64,000 bases of DNA, from positions 64,001 through 128,000 of the forward strand of contig CAWGVG010000036.1 of assembly GCA_963825865.1 (NCBI GenBank), written 5' to 3'. A program made the translations under genes and the position numbers. The notes beneath the pieces are model-generated. The model was given only the letters and a program-made list of their open reading frames with translations, ran no database searches and was not told the DNA's origin. Origin of the DNA: an uncultured Nitrososphaeraceae archaeon. Its GTDB lineage: Archaea > Thermoproteota > Nitrososphaeria > Nitrososphaerales > Nitrososphaeraceae. Each line of letters begins with the position of its first letter. Within the stretch, counting starts at the first letter, position 1. Positions 23,558-36,011 of this stretch are shown piece after piece.

Positions 23558-23685
23558 CTAATAATAGGTAAATGAATAACTTCACCTCGTTTGATATCCT
23601 CAATAATTATATTAAATAAGTCAATAATAACAAATAGCACTTACTTCCTCAAGTCAAATATATAGAACTATCGTGACAAAAATAG
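23558..23685 (+). promoter_or_regulatory. Cassette upstream element, copy F
   Basis: taaatgaataacttcacctcgtttgatatcctcaat...cttacttcctcaagtcaaatatatag. Confidence 0.85.
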
Positions 23686-24214
23686 ATGAACAACACAACA
23701 ACAGCGCTAGCAATAGCAGTTGTTATCTTAACAGTAGTAACATTAGTATCAGTAGGAGGAGGAATATTAACAATAACACCATCAGCAGCATTTGATATGA
23801 AGAAAGGAAAAGGAGGTGTAGAAGGAGGAGGACCAAATGGAAATACCATCAACGGGCAGCAGAAAGGTCAACGCCAGCTCGTCTGCACTCCTCCTAGCAA
23901 CAATTGTGTCCAAGAGGGACTTACGTCTATAGATGCTCAGAGTCCACCACGACCCACACCAACACAACTCCACGTAACCCAACGGATAGGACCTAGCAAA
24001 ACAATTACACCTGGTCAAGTCGGCGTCGTAGCCGTTACGTGTAACCCCGGTGAAATAGCTACCGGTGGAGGGTATACAGCATCAGCGAACGTTATCGTAG
24101 CATCCTCCTTGGCAGGTAACAGTAATACAGCATGGCTTGTTAATGCATTTAATAATAGTACCCAAAATGGAATTCTAGGCAGCAACTGCAGAATGTGCAG
24201 GTCTATTACCCTGA
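23686..24214 (+). CDS. MNNT-family secreted protein with C-terminal C-x-PGE-x-ATGGG...W...AEC domain (frameshift near 24178)
   Basis: Signal ending AAF; NGNTINGQ...LVCTPPSNNCVQEG variant motif; alternative frame ends AATAECAGLLP*. Confidence 0.75.
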
Positions 24215-24667
24215 TTGAAAGCTACAATGCACGTGACCTCTCTCCTAAATAATGTAGCCGTCCTAGTAAGAGAGCATGTGTATAGAGATCTTTCAAATAC
24301 ATATCTGCTTCTCCGTCTGTCTAGATGAATTAGCAAACATAAGGCCAAAAGAGCACCTTATTAACATCTAAAATCACACCACCAACACCAAAGGTGTTTA
24401 TAATACAAGATTCTGATATTACGAATCATTAGTAACGTTCATATTCTTATTTTCCTTCTGTCAATAGTCTTATAAGAATCTCATCCTTTCTTACTTTGAG
24501 TTTATTGGATAATATGTTATATGCTCTGATGGTAAGAAATACACTTGATCTTATTTGGTATCAAATCTTTTATCGTATTTTATTTAAGTATGCATATAAA
24601 GAAGTTAATATGTTAGTTAATATGTTATACATTTTATTTATCTCCATTTTGTTATAATAAATTGTAT

Positions 24668-24807
24668 TATCTATAGATAAGTAAATAACTTCAATTGATT
24701 TGATATCATCAATATTTATACAAAATAAATCAGCAGTAAATTATATTATATAAATCAGCAGTAACTTCCTCAAGTCAAATATATAGATGAGATTGTATTG
24801 AGAATAT
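24668..24807 (+). promoter_or_regulatory. Cassette upstream element, copy G
   Basis: tagataagtaaataacttcaattgatttgatatcatcaat...aacttcctcaagtcaaatatatagatg. Confidence 0.8.
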
Positions 24808-25023
24808 ATGAACATGTTTCGAATAAATGAAGTAGAATATAGTAGTGTTATTAAAAAATTCAGAAGCATTAGTCGAGTGCACGAACACGACTTTGTATCA
24901 ATTATGAATGAAGGACAAAAATCAATTATTTGTTTAACATGTGGTTTTCTTTATTGTGGAAAGTGTGGTAAGTTAGTAACAATACATAATAAAAACTATT
25001 TACAGCATAATGTCTATAACTAA
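24808..25023 (+). CDS. Small His/Cys zinc-finger-like protein behind the cassette promoter
   Basis: HEHDF...CLTCGFLYCGKCGK; no signal peptide. Confidence 0.7.
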   Translation: MNMFRINEVEYSSVIKKFRSISRVHEHDFVSIMNEGQKSIICLTCGFLYCGKCGKLVTIHNKNYLQHNVYN

Positions 25024-25521
25024 TAAAGATTAGTCGATACAGAAGAAGATAAAATATTATTAGCTATGCAGCCTGTGCAAAACACTGTCCGAAAGTAATA
25101 GAACAACACGTTATTTACTATAATACGGCAGCAACAATAAAATTCAAAAATGATATATAAGTCTACGGCAGTTAGATGATGCTACCAACAACTGACAACG
25201 ATAATATCCTTTGCTTTGAGGAACACGCCGGAGTAGTTACAGGTTACAGTTAGTGAGATTTGTCCTTCAATTAGAATACATTATTATTTATTATTTATAT
25301 CTCAGATCATAGTCACTTATTATAGCATATCACAGTCTATACTAAATATCTGAAATACCATTTTTGTTGTCTTGTTAATTTGACCGTTCTTACTGAATAT
25401 ATTACCTTCAGCTATTAAAGCTAAAAGCTTGTCTTTTTGGGATTTGAAATTATTTTTGGAGTGAGTTAGCAGCAAATGTGTTTATTTAGTCTCCTTCTCA
25501 TATTATTTCGTCTATATAAAA

Positions 25522-25737
25522 ATGAATGAAAATTTTCTTCATACTGTGATAGCATTATTATTGATCGTATTGGTAGTTGGATTTTCGTTTTATTGGTCAA
25601 CCTTGTATCCAAACCCAATTGCTCAACAAATTAAGAGAGGGATAGAATTTCGTAATGCATTACTCAGATCATTTGAACAGTCGCATCCTAACTTAAAAGA
25701 TTGTCATTGGCAAGGACCAGATATTGCATGCAAGTGA
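25522..25737 (+). CDS. Small single-pass membrane protein
   Basis: One hydrophobic helix; C-terminal CHWQGPDIAC. Confidence 0.6.
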   Translation: MNENFLHTVIALLLIVLVVGFSFYWSTLYPNPIAQQIKRGIEFRNALLRSFEQSHPNLKDCHWQGPDIACK

Positions 25738-26185
25738 GGAGAAAGTTCGAACTTTCGTTACCAATACTATAATTATCATCATCATCAGAAGAATAAAAAT
25801 TAAATCTACTACGCCTTTGGATAAATAACTGATTGCTCTCTCTAGACTAAATTCTTTCTAACTTCTCTTCTAATGAATTTACATTAATAATAGAAGGTCA
25901 TTCTTTGAATAATGCAAAATTATCTTCAATGCATTCTCTGATTATTTTTAAAGTTAAAAGCATGTATTTTGGTATAAGATTGCGTTTGTTGTAAAAAATC
26001 TCTCATCCGTACCTCCTCTCTTCCGTCAATACAGTGCTTGTAATGGCAAGCTAAATCAGATTTTGCTAAATTGTAAGCAAACTGTTGCAATGGTTCTTCG
26101 AGTGTTCTGATAACTCTATACGAGCCAGTGTTTCATGGAATGGACCAAAGAGTATTATTATACTACATTATGAGATATTGGAACA

Positions 26186-27141
26186 ATGCTATTTCGTTCA
26201 TGGAAAGAAAAAATAAGAGAATTTTTTGAACCATATGATAACAAGAAGAACAGAGAAGCCCAAAAATTGATACCTAACTTAGCAACGAATGAAAATAATA
26301 ACAACATTTACAAAGATGGCACAATAATGCTTTTCCCTACAAATCTATCTGGATCAGAATGGTGTCTTGGGGAACAGAATCTTAATTCTATTCCAACTTT
26401 TAGTACAAATGGCCACAATAATAAAATAATCCAGAAAAATGAAAAGAATATCACGTATTGGAATGTCAAAAGCGGGATCATTACATATAGGAGTAGCAAT
26501 GAAAAAGGTCGAAGCTGTAGACTCAACATATTTCCAAGTACCAACTAGACAAGTTAACGATTCGCATACTGCAATAAAACAAGGCTTTATTGGAAATTCA
26601 AGGGACTTGAAAAATCAAGAAATTACTTTCGTTGGCCGACTTCACAGAGTTATACATAAACATTTGGAAACTAGCATCAAAATTCGTGGAGGATATCACC
26701 ACAGTTACGCACCTGACCAGGCCGCATGCATTGGAATGGCTGTTTCGCACAAAAGTACAGGACATACAGCACGACGTGCAAAAGAACTTACACATCCAAT
26801 CTATGAATATGAAGAGCTATCGCCAAAATTTGAATTTTTTACTCAAGAGAATGTCTGGTTTGCTATGAAAGTAACTAGCTGGAATAATAATAATAATGAT
26901 GATGATTTAAAGGGTACTGTAACAAATCGTTGCTATATTGATTCCGAGCCATTTTTACCTGATGGAAGATTGAGAAATGGTTATAGGTTATATTCTGAAT
27001 GGATTGACCATGGCAATGGAAAAAAATATAAAGAGATTGTAAATTGGGCAGGAGGAGTACCTATTCACTGTAAGAATAGACGGATGGGATTCTGTTGATT
27101 TGTATGCCTTAAGTGCTAGGGAAATTATGCCTCCACTGTGA
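26186..27141 (+). CDS. Hypothetical beta-rich protein (two frameshifts)
   Basis: ORFs 26186-26548 and 26439-27098 overlap and join; continues RIDGWDSVDLYALSAREIMPPL*. Confidence 0.55.
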
Positions 27142-27256
27142 GATAAAGAGGTTGTTGCATTATTATCTGAAATAACGTCGGTGGCCAAATATACTACAGC
27201 GTATGTATTCATAGTAACTACAATTAATGTTGTTAATTTGATCAGATTATATGAAA

Positions 27257-27990
27257 TTATTTATAATGCTGATATGCTGTTATAGCCCTCAATATTCCAT
27301 CTGAAAAACTGATGCAGACTTGGACAATTTTACGGCGTCTCATTTTGCGGTTAGTTTTGTTTGTTACTATTGCAGTTGTATTTAATAGTTTGTCTTGGCC
27401 GGTAAATGTGTTTGCTTTATCTCCTGCTTTTGGACGCGAAGAAATAGGAAGTCCTTGGGCTGCAACAAGCACATTCCCATTCTTCACGTTTGGTGAACTT
27501 TTGTACACAATTGCGTCTATCAAAACCATTACTCCCTCGACTTTCGAGCATATTGTAAGAACAAGCTATTAAAATATCTGTCAAACTTATCATTTGCAAT
27601 TATGTCATCTGAATATATGCCCAGTGATATCACATTACCCCTTTGATAGTTAAGCTCATAGGTAGCAATAACAGGCTTTTTAATTGATGGTATTGAGTAG
27701 TTTAATAAAGAGGCATTATAATTCATTAAAATCTTGTCATTAGGATTAGTGATATATTGTTCCTCATGATGTTTGTATTCAAATGGATCATTTGCAAACG
27801 TTATTTCGCATGAATAGCAAAGATAGTTGCTTCCAACCCATTGAGATGTTTCTTTATTCCATCTTTCGGCAACACTCTTCCATGCCGATCTACCATTAAA
27901 AGCCCACCCGTGGCCTTTTACCAAAGTTGTTGTATTTGTATGTCTATCGTATTTTACTTCGGCATAGAATACATTACCATCTAGTACCAA
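27257..27990 (-). CDS. Hypothetical protein(s), probably frameshift-split
   Basis: Abutting ORFs 27529-27990 and 27257-27529. Confidence 0.4.
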
Positions 27991-28092
27991 TCATAGTACC
28001 GCCGTTGGATACGAAACGTTTCAGATTATCGTATTCTTGTTGTGTGACATACTCTTGAGTTTTAATTTAATTTACTGGAATTTCTTCTGTTG

Positions 28093-28523
28093 CTATAGCC
28101 ACCGTAAATGCTGTTGATGTTGCTGTCGTGGTTGTTGTTGTTGTTCTTCTTCTTCATCTTGAATAAATGCCTGTCTTGCTGGTTGTTCTTTTTCATTATT
28201 ATTATTATTATTATTATTAACAACGGATTCTTTTCTTCTTGGAAACATTCTCTCATATGGCTCTAATATGCTTCTACAAAATTCTACTCCCTTTTGAGTA
28301 GGCTTATAATCGCAACCATCCTTTTTCCAAATGGTAATTCGCTTTTGCTTATGAAACCATTTACTTGTAGCTCATCGAGTATGCACCTATGTTTTTTCAA
28401 ATTTAATCCACAAAAGCTAACTAGTGCAGTCTGGTTTAGTTCGCCATGCTCTACCAACTTTAGTATTATATCCTCAACGATGTAAATTCTATCACGATAC
28501 GATATTGGAGAAAGAAGAGACAT
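28093..28523 (-). CDS. Archaeal winged-helix transcription regulator (one frameshift near 28308)
   Basis: YRDRIYIVEDII...NQTALVSFCGLN...GFI; shifted frame YKPTQKGVEFCRSILEPYE. Confidence 0.75.
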
Positions 28524-29262
28524 ATGTTGATTGTATACCCAGCATCATAGTATGCAATCAGCACATTATTATAATTAAGTTAACTATGTTAAGTACCACA
28601 CTTTTTGGTTTTTGCAGGTAAATCCTTTTTTTATACTTAAAACACCTCATACAACGCCTTTCATTTTGCCTTTTCCCTAAAGTAGTGTTCGAATTTTTTT
28701 CATCTTTGTTATGTGCTATCCAACATTCATCTCAATTCCCCTATACTGTCATTAAGATAATATGGTCACTTCAAATTTGCTAATTTATAAACGAATTGAT
28801 GCGATATTTCACACCAAAAACTCATCTTTACCAGCACATATCGTAGAGGTTTTGATATAATTGACATCGTTCTAAATGGATGTCTTTCTTACTAGTGGAC
28901 TTAACTTTTAACAACAGAACATCTCTTCCATCGGTTCTTGCTCAGACGCCTATTAACAATAATAATAATAATGCTTTAAAATCGCCATAATCTTCAGCAG
29001 TAATATGGACACTGCTAGGGATGCCAAATGAAATCAATTTACGCGCTGCTTTTTCATCGCGTATTCTATCTGTAATTAAGTAAAATATATAGTAAATAAA
29101 ATCTGTGAAGTCTTCTAAATGTTAGTACTGTACATTTTGTTAGCACTAGATTAGACAATAAAATACTAGAATAGAATACCTGTGATTCTCTAAAGCATTA
29201 ACTATGTTAAGCAAGTCTTTAATTAGTTCTGCTCTATGAGCAGGTGAAGGAATAAAAACAAA

Positions 29263-29500
29263 ATGAATACAAAAACAACTTTAGCCGTTACTTGCAATCG
29301 CCACAGTCGCGATCCTTGTATCATCAACTGCTATTGCAAAACCTGTATTAGCTAGCAACAACAAAGACAACAGTGGGCACTCAGTTTCAAAATCAGACCT
29401 CAGGGGTGTGGGCAATTTCCTAAAATGTATCGGCAACCATGGAGGAAATGACATATCAAAAAGTAAATCTCAAAAGTGCGTTGATAATCACTTAGGCTAA
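29263..29500 (+). CDS. Small secreted protein with a Cys pair (frameshift near 29290; absent from the ORF track)
   Basis: MNTKTTLAV / LAIATVAILVSSTAIAKPVLA-SNNKD...FLKCIGNH...QKCVDNHLG*. Confidence 0.55.
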
Positions 29501-30499
29501 CAACAATAGCTGTAAGAACAACAAACAAACAACGCTTAGCCCTATAATGGCCTGGAGAGATAATATCTCTCTTTCTATATATTTTTATAATTAGATTCTT
29601 ATTCTTTGTAATCTATGATTAAAGCTGAGTAAGATCGGATTGAAACCATTGTGACAGAAATATGCTAAGCACCTATGCACGCACAGACAAATTGGTAAAA
29701 ACTAAGAAAAAATATTGGAATAGTAAGTAATCCCCCCAATCCCTTTTGGCTTTGGAATAGCTCTATTGGGGTGATAGTTCTATTATACTACTAACACACT
29801 GAGTATACAGCTGATAACGATAGGAAAATGATTATGTAGCATTTCTTATCTGTTACAATTCTTTTTAAATTCTATTCCTTCTTTTCTCGGCAACCAATGG
29901 TATGATTAAAGCAGCAATTTCCATTAGTCGTAGTCTTTCAAATAACGTTGTTTGCGCTGTCTCGTAATTTATACTGACTTCTTTCTTAAGATATTTGAAG
30001 GTCATTATTATCTAAATTAATAATACCTCGTGGAAAGTATTCGTAATACTATCTATGGATTAAAAATCAGTATTATCCACACATAGGTTATTGTCTATTT
30101 TGTGATGGATACTATCAACATAGTACGCTTTATCCACCAACGAGTATATCAGGTCTTTATCCGAGGGAGTTATATTATTGGATTCTTCTTCTTTTATTTT
30201 TTTCTCATTTAGCTTTATCTTTTTTTCGACTAGAATAGTATTATACATGATTGTTAACGTAGCAACATAGTATATAAAAAGATTATCTCTCAAATATTAT
30301 TTCAGATAGATACATAAAGAGTCTACAATCACCTCATGTGTCATATTAGATAATTCATTATTTCGAATTGAGTTATCCTTGGTGCAATATTATATGACAA
30401 CTTTAGTGTTAGATGTCTTGTTTTAATTCCCTGACTACATAAAATAGTCAGTCACATTTTGATAACTGTTGTCCTAAGAGTATTTGGGAAAGTGTTGCA

Positions 30500-30637
30500 T
30501 TATATATCTGACTTCGCAGTGTCGCAATCGCAATCTTTCCAAGTGTACACACTGCTGATGTGATCATGCATATTTGGAAAGCCTTGATTACACATGGGAC
30601 ACATCTTTCTTCTTGGCTCATTGTTCAAAATCGCCAT
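30500..30637 (-). CDS. Small zinc-finger-like protein (45 aa)
   Basis: MAILNNEPRRKMCPMCNQGFPNMHDHISSVYTWKDCDC; TATA-like sequence upstream. Confidence 0.45.
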   Translation of the reverse strand: MAILNNEPRRKMCPMCNQGFPNMHDHISSVYTWKDCDCDTAKSDI

Positions 30638-30781
30638 CTATATAATAAAATGAGATAGATAGGTTGTGCAATAAGAATTATTGTGGTGGTGGGGCCATTA
30701 AGATCAGACATGTGCAGCATACATAAAAATAAGATCTTTATTATCATGACTCATTTTCTTTTATTATATTGATCTGCATAA

Positions 30782-31486
30782 TCACATAAGTTCGATCCTA
30801 GAAGACCTTTTTCTTCTTTTGCTAAATACAATTTCAAGTATTCCATTTCTATATGTCGATTTGCCTGATCTAAGGTCCACATTTGATGGAATGTCAATAA
30901 TACGATGATATTTTCCTCCTTGAGTATTAGTTGCACATATTTTTACATAACCGTCATAGGCTTTTACTTTTATATCCTTCTTATTGACAAGAGGCATTTC
31001 TACTACTATTTTCACCTCTTTAGATGATGTAATTATATCTACAAGAGGAGCCTCTCTTTTAGGTGATGTAACCTGAAATTCACTATTGTCATCACTATTG
31101 ATGCTATTATTATCATAATCATTACCATCACTACTAAGCGATCTGATATTATCAAACTCTTTTAATTGTGGTCTACTACTATTTGGTCCAACAATAGATA
31201 CAGCGTGATCATAAACTACTGGACGTACATTTCGCGGATTACCTCCCTTGGACTTTTTATACTTTCTTGGAAATTTTTTTGGTATATCTGAGTAGCGTGT
31301 GTATTCAAATTGCTGTTCTACGAACATTCTCTCTTCTATTTGCCATTCAATATCATGAAATTCTCTGAATATGTCATCTATAATACTACTACTACCACGC
31401 CAAACCCTTTCTGAAGCACTATGATTTTTAAAGAATAAGTCTAAACCAATCAGCAGCAACATCGTCATCGTCATCATCGTCATCAT
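30782..31486 (-). CDS. Divergent Hsp20 small heat-shock protein
   Basis: PLVDII...VVEMPLVNKKDIKV...KSTYRNGILEIVF. Confidence 0.8.
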   Translation of the reverse strand: MMTMMTMTMLLLIGLDLFFKNHSASERVWRGSSSIIDDIFREFHDIEWQIEERMFVEQQFEYTRYSDIPKKFPRKYKKSKGGNPRNVRPVVYDHAVSIVGPNSSRPQLKEFDNIRSLSSDGNDYDNNSINSDDNSEFQVTSPKREAPLVDIITSSKEVKIVVEMPLVNKKDIKVKAYDGYVKICATNTQGGKYHRIIDIPSNVDLRSGKSTYRNGILEIVFSKRRKRSSRIELM

Positions 31487-32014
31487 TATATGGTAGAATA
31501 TTCCAAAAGCTCAAATCCATAACCACCTAAATAATAAAATTTCGCCGTTTTTAAATTGTTTGATTGTCATTTTAGTAGTAAATGGTCAAATAGTTGCTTT
31601 TCGTTTTTAATTATAACTAAATCTGTATGGATACAAGGATCTGCTACAAGTATACAAAAGAAAATAATCTATTTATAAATTTCATTAGATAAAAAGCATA
31701 ACAATGCACGAGATTTCTGACAGACTTTTGATGCGCTATATAGCGCATAGATGTAAAATTTTTGTTACATTTAACTTGGGGGTAACTTCAATGTCTTTAC
31801 CTGAGGTTAGAATATAAGATTTTTTTGGTCGTTACTATCACGAACTATCTTTTTTCTTGTAGTATATGATGAAAATATTGACGATCTATATTAAAATTAA
31901 CATATTTCCTATTTTGCCTACCGCCTTTCTCTTGAAATAGCGAAAAGGACACAAAAATATTTTATTTTTTTTATAAGTCAAATTTATATGAGAATATATT
32001 TCTAGGCATAAGAA

Positions 32015-32206
32015 ATGTCATTCATAATGCAGCTATTTAAAAGAAAAGGAAAAGAAGAAGAAAAAGTTGATAACAATAATAGAAGGGTTGTCAAATGTAA
32101 AGAATGCGGGATGCACTTTGAAAGTAAAGACAGATTAAATACACATGACAAAAAAGCTCATTCAGGCAGAGGAGAAAGGAAGAAAATGAAGAAAGAGAGA
32201 TTTTGA
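32015..32206 (+). CDS. C2H2-type zinc-finger protein
   Basis: CKECGMHFESKDRLNTHDKKAH. Confidence 0.8.
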   Translation: MSFIMQLFKRKGKEEEKVDNNNRRVVKCKECGMHFESKDRLNTHDKKAHSGRGERKKMKKERF

Positions 32207-32397
32207 ATTATATGATATAGAAATTTCTGCCTGCCTCTTTTTGTACTCTTTTATAACAAAGCCATTAGATTCTTTATCAAAGGCAAGAGTATCAATTCTT
32301 GGCGAGTCACTTTCTGAAATAGAATGGATGTATACCTTGCTTACGAGTAGCGTAAGTAATATTAAAGAAGGGGAAGGGAAAGAACAACTTGGTTTTC

Positions 32398-33066
32398 CTA
32401 TTCTATATTTATCTGCATTCCTTTGGGTTTGGATTGTTCTTTTTTCTTGAACGTTATTTCAAGTATTCCATTTTTATAAGTTGACTTGGCTGTTTCAATA
32501 TTTGTTTCAGGAGGAATTTCAATAACCTCGCGATATTTTCTTTCTTCTGGATGAGTAGTTGTAACTTCTACTGAATTGTCATACGCATTTACCTTGATAT
32601 TTTCTTTGTTGGCACCTGGCATTTCTACTATCACTTTAACTTCTGTATCTGTAGTTACTACATCTGCTAAAGGTTGCATTTCAGAAGAAATCAGTGGAGT
32701 TGAAAAAGAGCCTCCTACTCCGCCGCCACGCAATGATGATGACCTGACATTACCGAATTCTCTTACCTTTGGTTTGCCATCCTGTCCAATAGTCATAGAA
32801 TAACCATATACTATTGGTCCTACTTCACGCATCTTGCCACCTTCAGGTGTTTGATATTCTCTTACTAATTCTTTTGGTGCTGCCGACTGAAAGTTCTTAA
32901 ACTGTTCTTCAAATTGCCTTTCCATTTCTCTTCTCATTTCCTCAAATCCTCTGAACATATCGCCAAAAGGGAATTGTCTGCTAGATTTACCACTGTTGCC
33001 ACTACCACCAAAGGACCTCCTAAACCAATCAAATGGTTCTATGTTATTGTCGCCTTCAGAACTCAA
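32398..33066 (-). CDS. hsp20: Archaeal small heat-shock protein Hsp20
   Basis: GPIVYGYSMTIGQDGKPKVREFGNV; VEMPG; STYKNGILEITF. Confidence 0.93.
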   Translation of the reverse strand: MSSEGDNNIEPFDWFRRSFGGSGNSGKSSRQFPFGDMFRGFEEMRREMERQFEEQFKNFQSAAPKELVREYQTPEGGKMREVGPIVYGYSMTIGQDGKPKVREFGNVRSSSLRGGGVGGSFSTPLISSEMQPLADVVTTDTEVKVIVEMPGANKENIKVNAYDNSVEVTTTHPEERKYREVIEIPPETNIETAKSTYKNGILEITFKKKEQSKPKGMQINIE

Positions 33067-33451
33067 TTATAATAATAACACCACTGCTATAAAGGAGGTT
33101 ATAATGTTACATAAAGGTATTCTCAAAGTAGGACTAAATGACCTTTCCCGTTGGTTTTAGATTTGTAATATTTTATTGCGTATGTATGTATTTGTAGTCT
33201 TGAAATAATGTCCCTGTATCTAGAAAACAACCAAGATGAAACTTTTTGAGATAAACAAACCTATGCCTGTACTTCAATAGATTTGGTAGTACTAACCAAC
33301 TCCTTTCTATCACTCCTCTTTAGGTTTTAGAATTTATGCTACTGCTAGATTATATATTTCCATTAACCGGGCCTGACAGTTTAATTTTTATTTTTTAGCT
33401 TCTTTAAGAATATTCGCTTTTTTTGTTAAGAAAATTGTTGTCGTCCTTCTT

Positions 33452-34042
33452 CTATTTATCATCACTTCTGTTTACTATTATTATAAAAGCTACCACTAAT
33501 ACAGTACTGACAATTCCTACCAATCCTGCAGGCAAAAGCAAAGGAATTAGATAATTCATATTTATAATGCCAACTGGCTGAGATGGAACAATAACCTTGA
33601 AAGATGCTAATGCAATTGCATTATTTATCGAGGCTATTCTAATAATGACTTGATAGGTACCAGTATCAAAGAATCGTGACTTTATAGAGAAGTCCCCGTC
33701 TGGTGCGGATATATTGTTAAATTTGAAGGTTTTTTGTTGTTGATTTGTTATAGTAATATTTGTAATTAGATCTTTCAAATGTTCCCCAGTTTGTAGATTC
33801 TGTATACTGAAGTTAAGCTCGGTAAAAGTATAAACTAGAGGTTTTTCTGGTTCATAAGTAAACTGAATTTTCACATTCTCCCTTTGGTTTACCCATTCTT
33901 GTACTCTTCTCTTATCGTAAATATGTGCATAGGGAGCAATAACACTTGGGAATATAATTCCCACTAGCATAATAGAGAGTATTAAGGATAACATAATCTC
34001 AAAAGCAAGAGCCCTAGAAAATGATAATATAAAGACTATCAA
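33452..34042 (-). CDS. Exported protein with C-terminal membrane anchor (Ig-like fold suspected)
   Basis: N- and C-terminal hydrophobic segments around F..TGTYQVI. Confidence 0.65.
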   Translation of the reverse strand: MIVFILSFSRALAFEIMLSLILSIMLVGIIFPSVIAPYAHIYDKRRVQEWVNQRENVKIQFTYEPEKPLVYTFTELNFSIQNLQTGEHLKDLITNITITNQQQKTFKFNNISAPDGDFSIKSRFFDTGTYQVIIRIASINNAIALASFKVIVPSQPVGIINMNYLIPLLLPAGLVGIVSTVLVVAFIIIVNRSDDK

Positions 34043-34452
34043 ACTAATATACGAATATATGTAAAGAAAATAAATAAATTAAGAATTCTAATGAACATTA
34101 ACCGGCCAACCCAGTAATTATTATTATACACAAATGACAAACATGAATTTGCTCCGATCATTGTAATGGGTATATTTAATACTTAGATTTCATTTTATAT
34201 TTGTACCCAGCAGAAAAACGTGTATGAAGCAAGGCTGCAATATGTTACATATATATACAAATGGATAGTATAGGATTATTCCTCTTTATTCACTGCTAGA
34301 ATAGAATATATTAAATTTAGCTTACTTGACTGATATGGGGTGAGAAGGCCATTGTCATATTAAAAGTCCGATAATATGGCCAACAAATATTCTCCAAATG
34401 ATAAAAAATATGCACGATAAAAATTATTAATATCACAAAGTTTGTTCCATTA

Positions 34453-35273
34453 ATGAAGAGAGAGAAAAAGACTAATTATTATATGTCACTTTCTGAAATC
34501 GCCATTTTAACCATAGTTATAGTAATTTCAATATCTTCTATAATCGGGATTCAATTTCCGCTGAAAACATTAGCAGAAAACTCGAGCAATGCTAATCTTA
34601 CAGGAAAAACAGCAAGTCAGTCTGCTGAGTCATTGATGAAATCTATTATTGACCCACAGTCGATAATATCGTCCATATGTCAATGAAACTCGTAATACAC
34701 CCACAACAAGTACAGCTGTCGATAACATAAAAAATGCAACTTCGACGCTAACTTCAATTAAAAATATAACATCAGCAAGACAGCCCAATTGATAATTCAT
34801 TGGCAGTCGAGAAGAAAAACAAAGAAACCAGTATGCAAAGTAGCATTCCAGCTTTAAGGCAATCTGCTATATTGATGTTAGCCCATCAAATAATTCCACC
34901 AAAGGACTTCATCCCTCTTTACGATAGCTCATTAGACAAGATAGCCGATGCCCATATAACTGCAAAGATCCCATGTAATGGAAATTCTTCGTCTACATTA
35001 GAATTGCTTATAGGACATACTCCGGATTTTAAACCAGTTAAACTCGAGCCAGTTAAGGAATTGTCTAAACCCGGATACTTATGCACGTATCATACAGATA
35101 TTGGATCAACACACAATAGTAGTAGTGATGACAGAATAAATAGTACTACAATCACCAACGTATTGCTTCGTAATCCTTCAGACTATAGAACAATATTACC
35201 AAATACCAGTACCATAATTATAGACGTAAATAAAATTATTCCTCTTTATACAACTCAGAACCCAAGAAAGTAA
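34453..35273 (+). CDS. Secreted hypothetical protein (frameshift-split)
   Basis: Signal-peptide ORF 34453-34686 followed by 34800-35273 (IPPKDFIPLYDS...AKIPC...C.YH). Confidence 0.5.
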
Positions 35274-36011
35274 AAAAAGAAGGACACATCAGTAGTAATG
35301 ACTAGTGCATTCATCCTATTTTTATTGCTGTTCGTTTTGTTGTTGTCATTGAGGATAATCGTGATGATGATTGATTTTGGCTTTCTGTATTTTCATCTGC
35401 ATGCACAGTATCAGCCATTGTATGATTAAATATTCCACTTTCGCTTATTTAAGACCAGACCCTTACAATTGTAAAGGATATAATGGAGCGTCTTCCGTTA
35501 TCTACTGTTACTTTCCTTATAATGTCATAATGTCGCCAAATGACGCATGCACTTCTTATGCAATTTCTCTAATCGTTTCACGTTGTTTACAAAGCTCAAC
35601 GGTTCCCTCTTTGTCTACTAAGTAATGCATATCGTAATATTGTCTCCCCAATGCCAATAAAGTGGCTTTGCCTATAAAAGTGAAAATTAACAAGCTGTGT
35701 TTTCTCTTGTTACTACGTTGTTTTCTAATGTTACAGTTTTGCAGTTTTGTTATCACAATATGCGGCTTTGTTATTTCTTATCTCATGTTATTTTATGTAT
35801 TTTGTTCTGCACGAATTATGCTGTCAATAGAGTATAGAGTAAATAATGAAAGATTAAGACAGATAAATATTAAGCTGAGAAAAATTTTGTCCTAACTAAT
35901 TTGACATAGCTACCAGTAGTATAGCACTGAGTTATAGAGAGAACTGATCTATAAACCAAATGATTCAAATCCTCCACTCTCCTCTTTATATTTTATATTG
36001 TCCTTGGCACT

